Positions 10,602 through 20,196 of a DNA stretch of 64,000 bases are shown one piece after another. The position numbers and the translations under genes are program-made. The notes beneath the pieces were generated by a model. That model did no database searches. It saw only the letters and a program-made list of their open reading frames with translations, and was not told the DNA's origin. Position 1 is the stretch's first letter, and the number at the start of each line of letters is the position of its first letter. Location: positions 96,714 through 160,713 of IMG/VR virus record IMGVR_UViG_2529292852_000001; one strand, written 5' to 3'. The stretch comes from a virus (taxonomy: Duplodnaviria > Heunggongvirae > Uroviricota > Caudoviricetes).

Positions 10602-10919
10602 TTAACCGTATATTTGACTGATAAAGTCGCCCTTATCAACTTTAAAGATGTTTTCGTTAGCTCCATAAGCGTCGCAATAAACGTTTATCCAAACTTCTTT
10701 TTCCTTACCGTCAAAGTACTTTTTAACGGCTTTGCTAATTGTTTTCAAAGCGTCCACATATCTTGACGGTGTTGTATTCAAAGCGTTGTCCCCTGTTTTG
10801 TCGTAAGGTTCAACCTCAACAACCAAAATACCATCAATTCTTTGATTAGTAACAAACACACTTCTTAACACTGAGTTCTTTCTTTTAACATTTAATAGTT
10901 CACTTAATTGTACATACAT
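10602..10919 (-). CDS. Hypothetical cassette protein
   Basis: 105 aa, with its own promoter (11009) and terminator. Confidence 0.8.
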   Translation of the reverse strand: MYVQLSELLNVKRKNSVLRSVFVTNQRIDGILVVEVEPYDKTGDNALNTTPSRYVDALKTISKAVKKYFDGKEKEVWINVYCDAYGANENIFKVDKGDFISQIYG

Positions 10920-11149
10920 GATAATCTCTCCTTTATATAACGTTACTCTATAAATTGAGTAAATTATTAAGGGCTTTTTGTTTTGCCCTTTCCTTAACTT
11001 ACATATATATTATATAACGTTACTCTATACAATGCAAGTCTTTTTTATATATTTTTTCAAAATAAAAAAGCGATGAAATTAATCATCACTCTATCTTTTA
11101 GTGCCAATCAATTTTTAGAATTGTCATTAAATTATCCTAAGTTTTAACT

Positions 11150-11500
11150 CTAATCTAGTGGCAAATCTTCATCTAGTGCTTCACACACACGAGACAACCA
11201 TTCAAAATCACCTTGTGCATAATCTTCTAAATAAGCATTATCAACAGATACTATAGTCTCAAAAAGTCGGCTCACTCCATATTTTTCAGCACGTTCTAGG
11301 ATTTTAGTATCGTCTTCAAAGAACGCAATAGCTAGGTGATACAATAAGTCTTTAGCATCATAATACCTGTTTATTTTAGCTATTATGGAACGATTGAAAG
11401 CCAAATCTTCAGCACTATTAGCATGTTTTGCTAATTTTTTAATTTCGTCTAATTTAACCTTATTTAATTCTTGGTTGAAAATTTCAAGTGTAATTGCCAT
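11150..11500 (-). CDS. Hypothetical protein, paralog family X
   Basis: KINRYYDAKDLL, RAEKYGVSRLF and LDEDLPLD motifs. Confidence 0.8.
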   Translation of the reverse strand: MAITLEIFNQELNKVKLDEIKKLAKHANSAEDLAFNRSIIAKINRYYDAKDLLYHLAIAFFEDDTKILERAEKYGVSRLFETIVSVDNAYLEDYAQGDFEWLSRVCEALDEDLPLD

Positions 11501-11654
11501 GGTAAACTCTCCTTTATAACGTTACTCTATAAATTGAGTAAATTATTAAGGGCTTTTTCTTTTGCCCTTTCCTTAACTTACATATATATTATATAACGTT
11601 ACTCTATATAATACAAGTCTTTTTGTATATTTTTTTATTTTGATAAAATAAATG

Positions 11655-11800
11655 TTAGTGCGATGTCTTGCCTTATCCTTAGCTTTATCCAAGCACCAAT
11701 TAAAGCCTTATACAAGCTCCTAGCTACACCAAAGGCACGCATAGCACCAGCTGCCACTCAATCATCGCACCAACTCAACCACAAGCACCACTCAAACAAA
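11655..11800. repeat. Shortened linker repeat
   Basis: GTGCGATGTCTTGCCTTATCCTT..TACAAGCTCCTAGCTAC shared with the other linkers. Confidence 0.65.
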
Positions 11801-11831
11801 AAAAGCAATGGTGTCAACCACTGCTTTATCT

Positions 11832-12797
11832 TTATTTTTCGATTAGTTCAATCAAGTAATCAGATACTTTTAACACGTCATCTAATACCTTAACTTTATC
11901 TTCTGGCTTTAACTCTTGTAACTTTTTACCATTACCAGTCCACGATGCAATGTAACCAACGCTTTCGTCATCTTCCATTCCAAAGTGTGATGTTACTAAT
12001 TTAGCTGTCATCTCTGCTTGTAACTCCCCTAATGAATAAGATACTTTTTTAAGGTTTAGATTTAAGTTTTTGCTAACAACGTTTTTACTTTCTGGGTCAA
12101 GGATTGCATGAGTTAATTCATGAATTAGTGTTTTTACGTTTTCACTATCTGTATTATTTGGATTAGTTACGATTATCTTTTGGCTTGGACTGTAGAACCC
12201 TTTAGCAACCCCTACACGCTTGAATTTATCCCAGTTTTCAAACTTAGATAAAAGTTTAACGTTGATGTCTTGACTTACTTTGTCTACTGTTTGAACAATT
12301 GCTTGTGCGTCTTCTTTATTCAAGCCCTTAAATGTTAAGTGCTTATTATCGTATGCACTAGGTATTTTATCTTCTGGCATATCTGTTTGTGTTACGTCAA
12401 ACACACAATTTTTTAATGCGAACGATGTATATTCAATCACTTTAATTTGTCCGTCTGCAATCATCTGTTTTTCTTGCTTAGTTGCATATCTTAAAGACTT
12501 TGTTCCATTGTCTGTCATAAAGTATTTGCAAGTGCTAGGTACGATAATGTGTAATGCACTTGAACCTTTTTGTACTTGATAGCCCCTGTTTTGCCAACCC
12601 TTATATGAGTCAACTACTCTAGCTCCTTGACTAGCTAAAAGCCATCTGTTGTTGAATGAATAACGCTTTTCATATTTACCAACAAACAACATTAATTCCA
12701 TTAGTTTTTCTGGCGATGTAGTAGCATTTTCAACGGCTGTTAAAATCTTGTCTTGAACGGCTTTTAATTCTGCTTTTCTTTGTTCCTTAGTTTTCAT
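11832..12797 (-). CDS. ardC: ArdC-like antirestriction protein (ssDNA-binding N-domain plus HExxH zincin-like domain)
   Basis: YSFNNRWL..Q..A..V.SYKGWQNRGYQVQKGS N-terminal signature; LIHELTHA and ELQAE metalloprotease-like motifs. Confidence 0.8.
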   Translation of the reverse strand: MKTKEQRKAELKAVQDKILTAVENATTSPEKLMELMLFVGKYEKRYSFNNRWLLASQGARVVDSYKGWQNRGYQVQKGSSALHIIVPSTCKYFMTDNGTKSLRYATKQEKQMIADGQIKVIEYTSFALKNCVFDVTQTDMPEDKIPSAYDNKHLTFKGLNKEDAQAIVQTVDKVSQDINVKLLSKFENWDKFKRVGVAKGFYSPSQKIIVTNPNNTDSENVKTLIHELTHAILDPESKNVVSKNLNLNLKKVSYSLGELQAEMTAKLVTSHFGMEDDESVGYIASWTGNGKKLQELKPEDKVKVLDDVLKVSDYLIELIEK

Positions 12798-12959
12798 AGT
12801 AAATACTCTCCTTTTATATAACGTTACTCTATAATTTATTCAAAATATTAAGGGCTTTTTGTTTTGCCCTTTCCTTAACTTACAAGTATATTATATAACG
12901 TTACTCTATATAATGCAAGTACTTTTTATATATTTTTTTATTTTGATAAACTATTGATT

Positions 12960-13185
12960 CCAGTCGGTGCGATGCTTTGTTTCTAGCTTGTGCTTTGGTT
13001 AGTGCGATGTCTTGCCTTATCCTTGATCCTGTAGCTTATTTTTAACCCTGTGTTAGCCTTATCTCAACCTTGAATATAATTACACTTAAGCACCAATACA
13101 AGCTCCCAGATAAGCTCCCAGTACCACCTAGAAAACATCAGCTGCAGCGTATGTACCAGCCACAACACCACCTAAGTAATAAAAA
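12960..13185. repeat. Long hairpin linker repeat
   Basis: Core CCTTGAATATAATTACACTTAAGCACCAATACAAGCTC. Confidence 0.8.
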
Positions 13186-13259
13186 AAGCGATGTCTAACC
13201 ATCGCCTTTACATTTTTTTATTCAGCTATCTGCTCCAGTGGGAAATCTCGGTCTAAATC

Positions 13260-13495
13260 TTGAACTACCTGTGATTAAAATCACAGGAATCACGTCACGT
13301 GATTACATTACGTATACTATACTCATAGTACACGCTCCGAACCTAGTTATAATGACTGGAAATACCACCATTATACTAAAGATAATCTTCACTAATTATC
13401 GTACCTGTTTTGACTCGCTCAAGGTATTACGCATAATTTCGTGCTATTAGTTCGGTAGGATTTGTTCCGTTTCCTAAAAACTTCGTTTTTTAAAT
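13260..13495 (-). ncRNA. Putative omegaRNA scaffold of IS-B TnpB (guide GATTTAGACCGAGATTTCCC from the flank)
   Basis: About 230 nt of non-coding, hairpin-containing sequence between the tnpB stop and the right end, where TnpB reRNAs are encoded. Confidence 0.65.
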
Positions 13496-14887
13496 TATTT
13501 CAACTAAGTTATTTGCTTTTAATTTAGGATAATCTCTTAGTTTTGCATGTTTTTCTGGGTATAAACCCCATTCTTTGATATTTAAAGCTGCATTATAATC
13601 TCTATCTACCTCTTTACCAGTATATGCTGAAACATATATACGTTTACCATCTTCATTAACTTCTTTTAACTCGTGTTTTGACTCGTATTTAGTTCCATAT
13701 TCTACTTGGCTCGTTTTATATGGATCCACTTTAATAAGAGTTTTATTTTGCTTGTTTACTAACGACTCTATAATTTTTGATAATTCATAAGGTTTGATTA
13801 AAGCTAATCGCTTATTCTTACCTGTATTCTGTGTTTTATTCATTGACAAATTACGTTTTCTCATCTCAAAAGCATCTATTTTTTCGATGATGATAGTATC
13901 GTAGTCATCGACTAATTCGTGTACTAATCCTCTATATGTTTCAGTTAGGATATTAGCTTTTTTAGCACTTAGCTTTGCTTGTTTACGATGATACCTTCTC
14001 CATAAATCTGTTTTACCATGTTTATTGTATTCATTATCTCTTAGTGACTTTATTTTATCTTTTTTAAATTCTATTTTACCTACTTTTTCTATTACTTTTT
14101 TAGGAATAGCTATTACTTTGTTTTCAGAAGTCCTAAATACTTCATTTTTAAACATGTTCCAATCTGCACCAACAACTTTATTTTGAAAAATACGTTTCTT
14201 CTCACGAGTAAAAGTTATTTGTAGTCTAAATGTATTATCTGGTAATCTTTTAATCTTAGTTAAAGCTATCTCTTCAAAATTAATATTCTTTAAATTCTCA
14301 AATACTATTATTTCTCCAAAATCGGCTACATTTAAATGGTGTGGCGAAACCAATTTTGTATTGCCATTAGGCAATTTTTGTGAAGTAATTGTCCTAAACG
14401 AGTTATTATTTCGTAGAAAGTTCATTGAACCCTTACGATACCATGAACGGTGTTTAGGATTTTTGTGCTTACCGTTTTTATCTTTAGTAATATTCATTCT
14501 AAGATTATATTTTTCAACATCTGACATTCGCCCTGCTTGTTCCAATCTCTTACGATACTGAGAAAAATTAGTGAAGATTGTCTTTAAAAATTCATCTGCG
14601 GCATGAGAAGATAATCCTAGTTTCTTAGCATTCCAGCGTTTTAAGTCGTATTTTTCTTTAATAAACATTGCCTTAATTTTATTATTAAGGTAGTTTATTC
14701 CTTGTCCAAAAGGTAAAGGTCTACCAATATGTTTACGACCATAGGTCTTATATAAGTATTTCAATGTAAATTGATATAACTCATTTTGTATTTTTATTGC
14801 TTTTTCATACAATTCTATTTGTTGATAACTTAAAGAAATATGATATTGTCTTGTATATCCAAATTTATTACTCTTCTTTTTAACCAT
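13490..14887 (-). CDS. tnpB: Divergent TnpB (465 aa, no Zn-finger cysteines)
   Basis: RuvC motifs VVGADWN, IIIEKID and DRDYNAALNI; CxxC pairs absent. Confidence 0.85.
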   Translation of the reverse strand: MVKKKSNKFGYTRQYHISLSYQQIELYEKAIKIQNELYQFTLKYLYKTYGRKHIGRPLPFGQGINYLNNKIKAMFIKEKYDLKRWNAKKLGLSSHAADEFLKTIFTNFSQYRKRLEQAGRMSDVEKYNLRMNITKDKNGKHKNPKHRSWYRKGSMNFLRNNNSFRTITSQKLPNGNTKLVSPHHLNVADFGEIIVFENLKNINFEEIALTKIKRLPDNTFRLQITFTREKKRIFQNKVVGADWNMFKNEVFRTSENKVIAIPKKVIEKVGKIEFKKDKIKSLRDNEYNKHGKTDLWRRYHRKQAKLSAKKANILTETYRGLVHELVDDYDTIIIEKIDAFEMRKRNLSMNKTQNTGKNKRLALIKPYELSKIIESLVNKQNKTLIKVDPYKTSQVEYGTKYESKHELKEVNEDGKRIYVSAYTGKEVDRDYNAALNIKEWGLYPEKHAKLRDYPKLKANNLVEII

Positions 14888-14952
14888 TCATGTAACCTCC
14901 TTTCGAGAAATATATGTTATAATTATTATAATATTAAAAGGGTGGTATGTAA

Positions 14953-15393
14953 ATGATTATACATGAAGAGGGATACGTTTATAACTTCAATTTTCACTTA
15001 GTTTTCGTTACTAAATACCGAAGAAAAATATTTGACACTCAAGAGAAAGTGAACACTATGAAAGCTATTTTACAACGACAAGCAACTATTTCAGAAGTAA
15101 CTGTTAGTCAGTTAGAGGTTATGCCAGACCATGTACATATGTTAATTTCTTTTAAGCCTAAATATGCTCCATCTAATATTGTTAAAAATCTTAAAGGAGC
15201 GTCAGCTAGAATATGGTTTAAACAATATCCTGAAACTAAACAATTATTATGGGGTGGACACCTATGGTCTCCTAGCTATTACATGGGTACTCTAGGGGAT
15301 ATGAGTAAAGAAGTCGTAGAAAAATATATTGAATCTCAATATACAGAAGCTATGAGAAGACAGCTTAAAGGCTACTATGGTAAAAATAGATAA
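14953..15393 (+). CDS. tnpA: IS200/IS605 Y1 (HUH) transposase
   Basis: FHLVFVTKYRR, DHVHML, LWSPSYY and KYIESQ motifs. Confidence 0.95.
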   Translation: MIIHEEGYVYNFNFHLVFVTKYRRKIFDTQEKVNTMKAILQRQATISEVTVSQLEVMPDHVHMLISFKPKYAPSNIVKNLKGASARIWFKQYPETKQLLWGGHLWSPSYYMGTLGDMSKEVVEKYIESQYTEAMRRQLKGYYGKNR

Positions 15394-15668
15394 GTTAGTT
15401 TAGCGGGCTTGGCCCCTGATTGAAATCAGAGGTTTGCGCCCGTTTTCTAATCAACATAATTTTCTACAATTTCATTCAATTCTTTTTCAAAGTTCATAGT
15501 ATCTTCTCCTTCACTTGTTACTTTCCTTAACTTACATATATATTATATAACGTTACTCTATATAATGCAAGTATATTTTATTAACTTTTTCAAAATAAAA
15601 AATAAACCAACTCCAACTAATGCGATGCAAGCAACAAAAAAGCGATGAACTTAATCATCGCTTAAACC

Positions 15669-16376
15669 TTAGTTTTCTAAGCTCGTTTCCATAATTTCCA
15701 AGAATGTGTCTGGGTCGTCCATTAGTCGATAGGTGCAAAGACCACCCTTTAGCTCACTATCATTCTCAACGTATGCAAGAACATCTTTTTTGAACAATCT
15801 GAAATCATTTTTTTCGATTATATCTTTATTTTCATAGTAAAAATCTTTTAACGCTTTAACTAACCCTTCCTTATTTTCATCTAGTAAGTAGCCATCTTCA
15901 ACCCCTGTCTTAATTCTGTTGTAGTCGTTATAATCAATATCAATGTCTGTGTCAACGATTACTTCGGTGTAGTACTTGTCTTTGTTATCGTATTTTTTAA
16001 CGTTTATCCTTACTTCTCTTTCAGTTAAGATTTCACACCCTGGTTCATAGTCTTGATACTCCATTTCAATCTCTTCTTTACTTTCATATAAACGCTTGAT
16101 TAAATCATCTCTATAAGGGTTGATTTGACTTCTAAACTCATCGCTAGAAAAGAGTGTTTCCAAAGTATTTCCCCAGCTCCAACGTCCTTCGCCGTCAAAC
16201 TTCAACCAAACTTCATCTTCAGTTACTTCTTCAATTTTCATGTAAGCAAAACCATAATATTCATAGTTTTGTGGAGTTTGATAATACTTAACCCAGTTAT
16301 CAATTAATTCCTTGTTATTGTCGTAAAATTTTCTTGATAGATACATTGTTCCTTTTGCTGTTGAAATATTTGCCAT
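15669..16376 (-). CDS. Hypothetical acidic protein, paralog of 16983..17663
   Basis: MANIS.A.G..LSRKFYD.NK.LI.NWV N-terminus and similarity along the full length. Confidence 0.85.
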   Translation of the reverse strand: MANISTAKGTMYLSRKFYDNNKELIDNWVKYYQTPQNYEYYGFAYMKIEEVTEDEVWLKFDGEGRWSWGNTLETLFSSDEFRSQINPYRDDLIKRLYESKEEIEMEYQDYEPGCEILTEREVRINVKKYDNKDKYYTEVIVDTDIDIDYNDYNRIKTGVEDGYLLDENKEGLVKALKDFYYENKDIIEKNDFRLFKKDVLAYVENDSELKGGLCTYRLMDDPDTFLEIMETSLEN

Positions 16377-16559
16377 AGTAATCTTCTCCTTTATCTAACG
16401 TTACTCTATTTTTTAACCAAAGTAATAAGGGCTTTTTGTTTTACCCTTTCCTTAACTTACATATATATTATATAACGTTACTCTATATAATGCAAGTATT
16501 TTTTGTATATTTTTTCAAAATAAAAAACAAAATATTATAAAAGCATGGTATAATGTTTG

Positions 16560-16695
16560 TATAAGCTAATTGCTTATGGGCCGAGCATTAACTTATTAAT
16601 TCGATTTTTTTCAATTTAAACTCTATGATTCATAATGATTGATGATTAAATAACCGTTGAATTATCTTTTTTAGATGTTCAATGGTTATTTTTTT
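16560..16695 (+). ncRNA. Candidate plus-strand sRNA divergent from cassette promoter 16467
   Basis: Extended -10 TGgTATAAT at 16546-16554; terminator AATAACCGTTGAA..TTCAATGGTTATT plus T-tract. Confidence 0.45.
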
Positions 16696-16699
16696 GCAC

Positions 16700-16950
16700 C
16701 AAGCGATGTCTGTACCTGTTTTCTACCCTGTGCCACTTCTTGCCTTACTCCTGAGCTTAACCATTGTTTTCTGTTCCTATAGCTTGCTTTAAGCCCTGTT
16801 TTAACTCTTGTTTTAACCTTGAATATAATTTACTCAAGCTCTCACGCAAGCACCAGCCACACCTAAGGCAAACGCAAGCACCAAGCCCACAAAAATAATC
16901 GCCGCAGCGGTATGCAAACGGCAGCTCAAGCTTTATATAAGCACCAAAAA
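16700..16950. repeat. Long hairpin linker repeat
   Basis: Core CCTTGAATATAATTTACTCAAGCTC with shared CTTGCC..GAGCTTAACC. Confidence 0.75.
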
Positions 16951-16982
16951 AGCGATGCCTAAACATCGCTCTAACCTTGATT

Positions 16983-17663
16983 TTAGTATTCTAATTGTTC
17001 TAAGAACATGTATGGGTCTTCCAATTTATAAATGCAAATTCCACCATGTAAATCGTAATCTTCCTTGATATACTTCAAAGCGTTTTTCTCAAAGCTTTCA
17101 TAGTCTTTTTCTTCAATGTCGTCTTTATTTTCTTGATACAATTCCTGTAAATCTTGTTTTAAGTATTTCACATCTTCTTCAACATCTAATCTATACCCAT
17201 CTTCTACACCAGCTTTAATCCTGTTATAATCGGTAAATTCTATCTGGTTTTGTTTTACCACCGTTACAACTGGTTCGTATCTACTGTTGACTTTGTTTAT
17301 CTTAACTTCAGTTTCTTCTTCAACAAACATGCCTTCCATGTCTTCAATGTCTGTATATTTTAGATACAAGCTTTGTCTTTCTTCGTACAACTTTTGTACT
17401 AGCTTTTCTTGATAGGTAGTAGCTTGTTCACATTTGAAAATGTCTTTTAATGTATACTCCCAGCACCATGCACCTTCCCCACTAAAATCTATTACTACCT
17501 TTTCTTCTGTCTTTTCCTTTATCTCTAGGTAGTCAAAGCCAAAATTTCCATCTTTCCAATTTCTGTAATCATCGTTGACCCAGTTATTAATTAATGCCTT
17601 GTTTTCATCATAAAACTTTCTTGATAATTCGATTGTGCCACCAGCTACTGAAATATTTGCCAT
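16983..17663 (-). CDS. Hypothetical acidic protein, paralog of 15669..16376
   Basis: Shared FTDYNRIK.GVEDGY.LD and GG.C.Y.L.DP motifs. Confidence 0.85.
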   Translation of the reverse strand: MANISVAGGTIELSRKFYDENKALINNWVNDDYRNWKDGNFGFDYLEIKEKTEEKVVIDFSGEGAWCWEYTLKDIFKCEQATTYQEKLVQKLYEERQSLYLKYTDIEDMEGMFVEEETEVKINKVNSRYEPVVTVVKQNQIEFTDYNRIKAGVEDGYRLDVEEDVKYLKQDLQELYQENKDDIEEKDYESFEKNALKYIKEDYDLHGGICIYKLEDPYMFLEQLEY

Positions 17664-17970
17664 AGTAATCTGCTCCTTTATCTAACGTTACTCTACTTTT
17701 TAACCAAAGTAATAAGGGTTTTTGTTTTGCCCTTTCCTAACTTACATATATATTATATAACGTTACGCTATATAATGCAAGTACTTTTTATATATTTTTA
17801 CAAAATAAAAAAACAAAAATAACCTAAGGCAAACACCAGCACGCAGCGAAGATAAAACAGTCACCACTACCACATCAACAACCGCCGCAGCCTATCTACC
17901 AGCCGCTTAACGCTACATTCAAGCACCAAAAAAGCGATGCTAACCTTTCTTTTGTTAACATCGCTCTTTT

Positions 17971-20196
17971 CTAGTTCTCACCAAATAGCTTATCTAAACT
18001 TTTCCATTGTGACAATTTATCTACCCATTTTCCAGTGTTTAAATACCAAAGCTTTTCATCATAATCTCTCACAAAAGCCCATTTAATTTTTTGACGTTCA
18101 GCGTAATCTTTTAATGCTTCATACTTAGCTGGTGCATACGGATCTATATTTTTATCTTGGCCAGAATGTGTTTCTCCACCCTTAGTCTCAATAATATAAA
18201 TATCCCCTGCTTTTGTTTTAACTAAATAGTCTGGGTAAAAATGACTGCGTCCACCATTTGTCCCATACGCTAGTGAAAAATATTGTGGCCCACTATCACC
18301 ATTTTTATAAACAAATTCAATATCATTACGTTCTTCAATATAACGTTCAAATAAACGTTCTGCAAGGCTAGGACGAGTAGCAATTGTAGAAGTTGTGTAG
18401 CCTTCATAGGCATTGGAATAAACCGTTTCTCCTTCCAATTGCGGATTGTAAGTATAACGCTCTTCTAGTGGTATCTTAAAATCATTCTGACGGATATTTT
18501 CCAAATCTAATACTATTGCTTTTTCAACATCAATTTTTCTAAATTCTTCACGTAGCATTCGCCAATGATTTAAAATAAATGCCGTCCATTCTTGTGCATC
18601 TAAGCGTAAAATAGTCTCTTTCTTAGGACGGCCGTCTTTTAGGAAAAATCGTTTCAAAATGGCTTCTACTTTTGAAACTGGAAGATGAATTACACGACCT
18701 AATTCATGGAAAGCATGTAAAAGATCTAAACGATTGCCACGATAATCTGCTTCAACATAACGTTCTAAATCATGTAAACGATCAGAATGTACTAAAGTAT
18801 CAAAACGTCCTTGTTTATAAGTAGTTTTTATTTTACGACTAATATTTAACCCTCGATTCTCAATAATTATTCGATTTTCATTATAATCATCCGTTAATTT
18901 CCAGTCTTTTATTAAACCTTCGTACAAATTTTGTAGGATTTCTTTTTCACTCGGTTCTTCTGTTTCATTAATGATACGCTCACTGATTAATTGTAAACTT
19001 TTTGCTTTATCCTTTAGTCTTAAAACAGGAGTTGGTGCAACAGCTCCACCTTGTGTAAATGCTCCTGTTAAAAAATCACTATCAAAAGTATAGAGATAAG
19101 CATTATCTAAAACATCCACATTATAATGACCTCGTTGTGGTTGTGGCATACGTCGAATACGTCCAATTGTTTGAATTGTAAATGCTTCCCCCATATTTTC
19201 ACGAATCTTAACCAGAATTTTTGCTCGAGGTGCATCCCAACCTGTAGCAATTGCTTGTTTAATTATTAGGTACTGTACTTTGTTATTCAATTCAGATACG
19301 CCCAGATGGTTTCTCTTCTTGTCTGCTAACCAAATTCCCAGTGTGCCATCTTCATAAGTCTTTTTGAGTTTATTCTCTAAATAATTTTCAATTCGTGCTA
19401 CCAAATCATTTTCTGCATCTGATTTATCTGGGAGCTGAACAATGACAAGTGGATTAACTCCTTGAATACCATTTCTTGAATAGGATTGTACAATTTCCTT
19501 ACGCTTATTTTCAGCAGCCTCAAATAAAAGTTCAAATTCATCTTCAACTTTAGCCCCAATATCTAAGCCTTCATTAACAACAACTGATTTTGTAATTAAT
19601 CCAGAAGCAATAACTGACTCTTCTGTTACTTCATAAAATTCGGCAATATCTGGTGTCTGGGGATCATTAATCGTTGCTGAAACTCGAACAGTTTTGGATG
19701 CTTTAAAGCGTGAAATGATATCTCTTGCTTTTTTCGTATCGTTGCGATGAGCTTCATCAATAACTAATATAAAATTACGACCTTGTTGAATAGCTTTTTC
19801 GATCTTAACTTCCAGATTATCTCGCTCATTATCTAAAAGCATCGCCTTTGAATTTGTACCGATTACTCGTTCATAGTTGATAAATGTAACTGTTCCTTTA
19901 TCAAAACCTTGTAGAAGAGCATCATCGACCGATTGAGCCTTAATACTAGAAAAAGCTTTAGCCTTATCCTGACTTTGTTCTTCTAATTCTCCAGCACCTG
20001 GTGTAAACCAAACGAATGCAACATTATCATGCGTAGTAGAAATGTAGTCATTGATCCAAGACAAAAGACAAATGGTTTTTCCAGAACCAGTTGGGGCTTT
20101 AATAACCAATTCTCTCACACCGTATTCTGGTGCTGTAAAACTGAGTAATTTATCAACAACATTTTTTTGAAAGTTTTTAAGTTTTATCATAGCCAA
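17971..20196 (-). CDS. res: Type III restriction enzyme Res subunit
   Basis: APTGSGKT Walker A, IDEAH, GWDAPRA helicase motif and C-terminal FYPDYL..IETKG nuclease motif. Confidence 0.92.
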   Translation of the reverse strand: MAMIKLKNFQKNVVDKLLSFTAPEYGVRELVIKAPTGSGKTICLLSWINDYISTTHDNVAFVWFTPGAGELEEQSQDKAKAFSSIKAQSVDDALLQGFDKGTVTFINYERVIGTNSKAMLLDNERDNLEVKIEKAIQQGRNFILVIDEAHRNDTKKARDIISRFKASKTVRVSATINDPQTPDIAEFYEVTEESVIASGLITKSVVVNEGLDIGAKVEDEFELLFEAAENKRKEIVQSYSRNGIQGVNPLVIVQLPDKSDAENDLVARIENYLENKLKKTYEDGTLGIWLADKKRNHLGVSELNNKVQYLIIKQAIATGWDAPRAKILVKIRENMGEAFTIQTIGRIRRMPQPQRGHYNVDVLDNAYLYTFDSDFLTGAFTQGGAVAPTPVLRLKDKAKSLQLISERIINETEEPSEKEILQNLYEGLIKDWKLTDDYNENRIIIENRGLNISRKIKTTYKQGRFDTLVHSDRLHDLERYVEADYRGNRLDLLHAFHELGRVIHLPVSKVEAILKRFFLKDGRPKKETILRLDAQEWTAFILNHWRMLREEFRKIDVEKAIVLDLENIRQNDFKIPLEERYTYNPQLEGETVYSNAYEGYTTSTIATRPSLAERLFERYIEERNDIEFVYKNGDSGPQYFSLAYGTNGGRSHFYPDYLVKTKAGDIYIIETKGGETHSGQDKNIDPYAPAKYEALKDYAERQKIKWAFVRDYDEKLWYLNTGKWVDKLSQWKSLDKLFGEN

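Larger units (their letters stand above)
13260..15449 (-). mobile_element. IS605-type element (IS-B) with divergent tnpA/tnpB, inserted 3' of TTGAT
   Basis: TTGAT at 15450-15454 precedes the left-end hairpin CGGGC..GCCCG; right-end hairpin CCTGTGATT/AATCACAGG followed by TAGTTCAA ends at 13260. Confidence 0.9.
13218..15497 (-). pseudogene. 29-aa mini-gene MNFEKELNEIVENYVD/DLDRDFPLEQIAE split by IS-B
   Basis: 15450-15497 plus 13218-13259 rejoin in frame; has an AGGAG RBS, promoter 15542 and terminator 13185. Confidence 0.65.
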
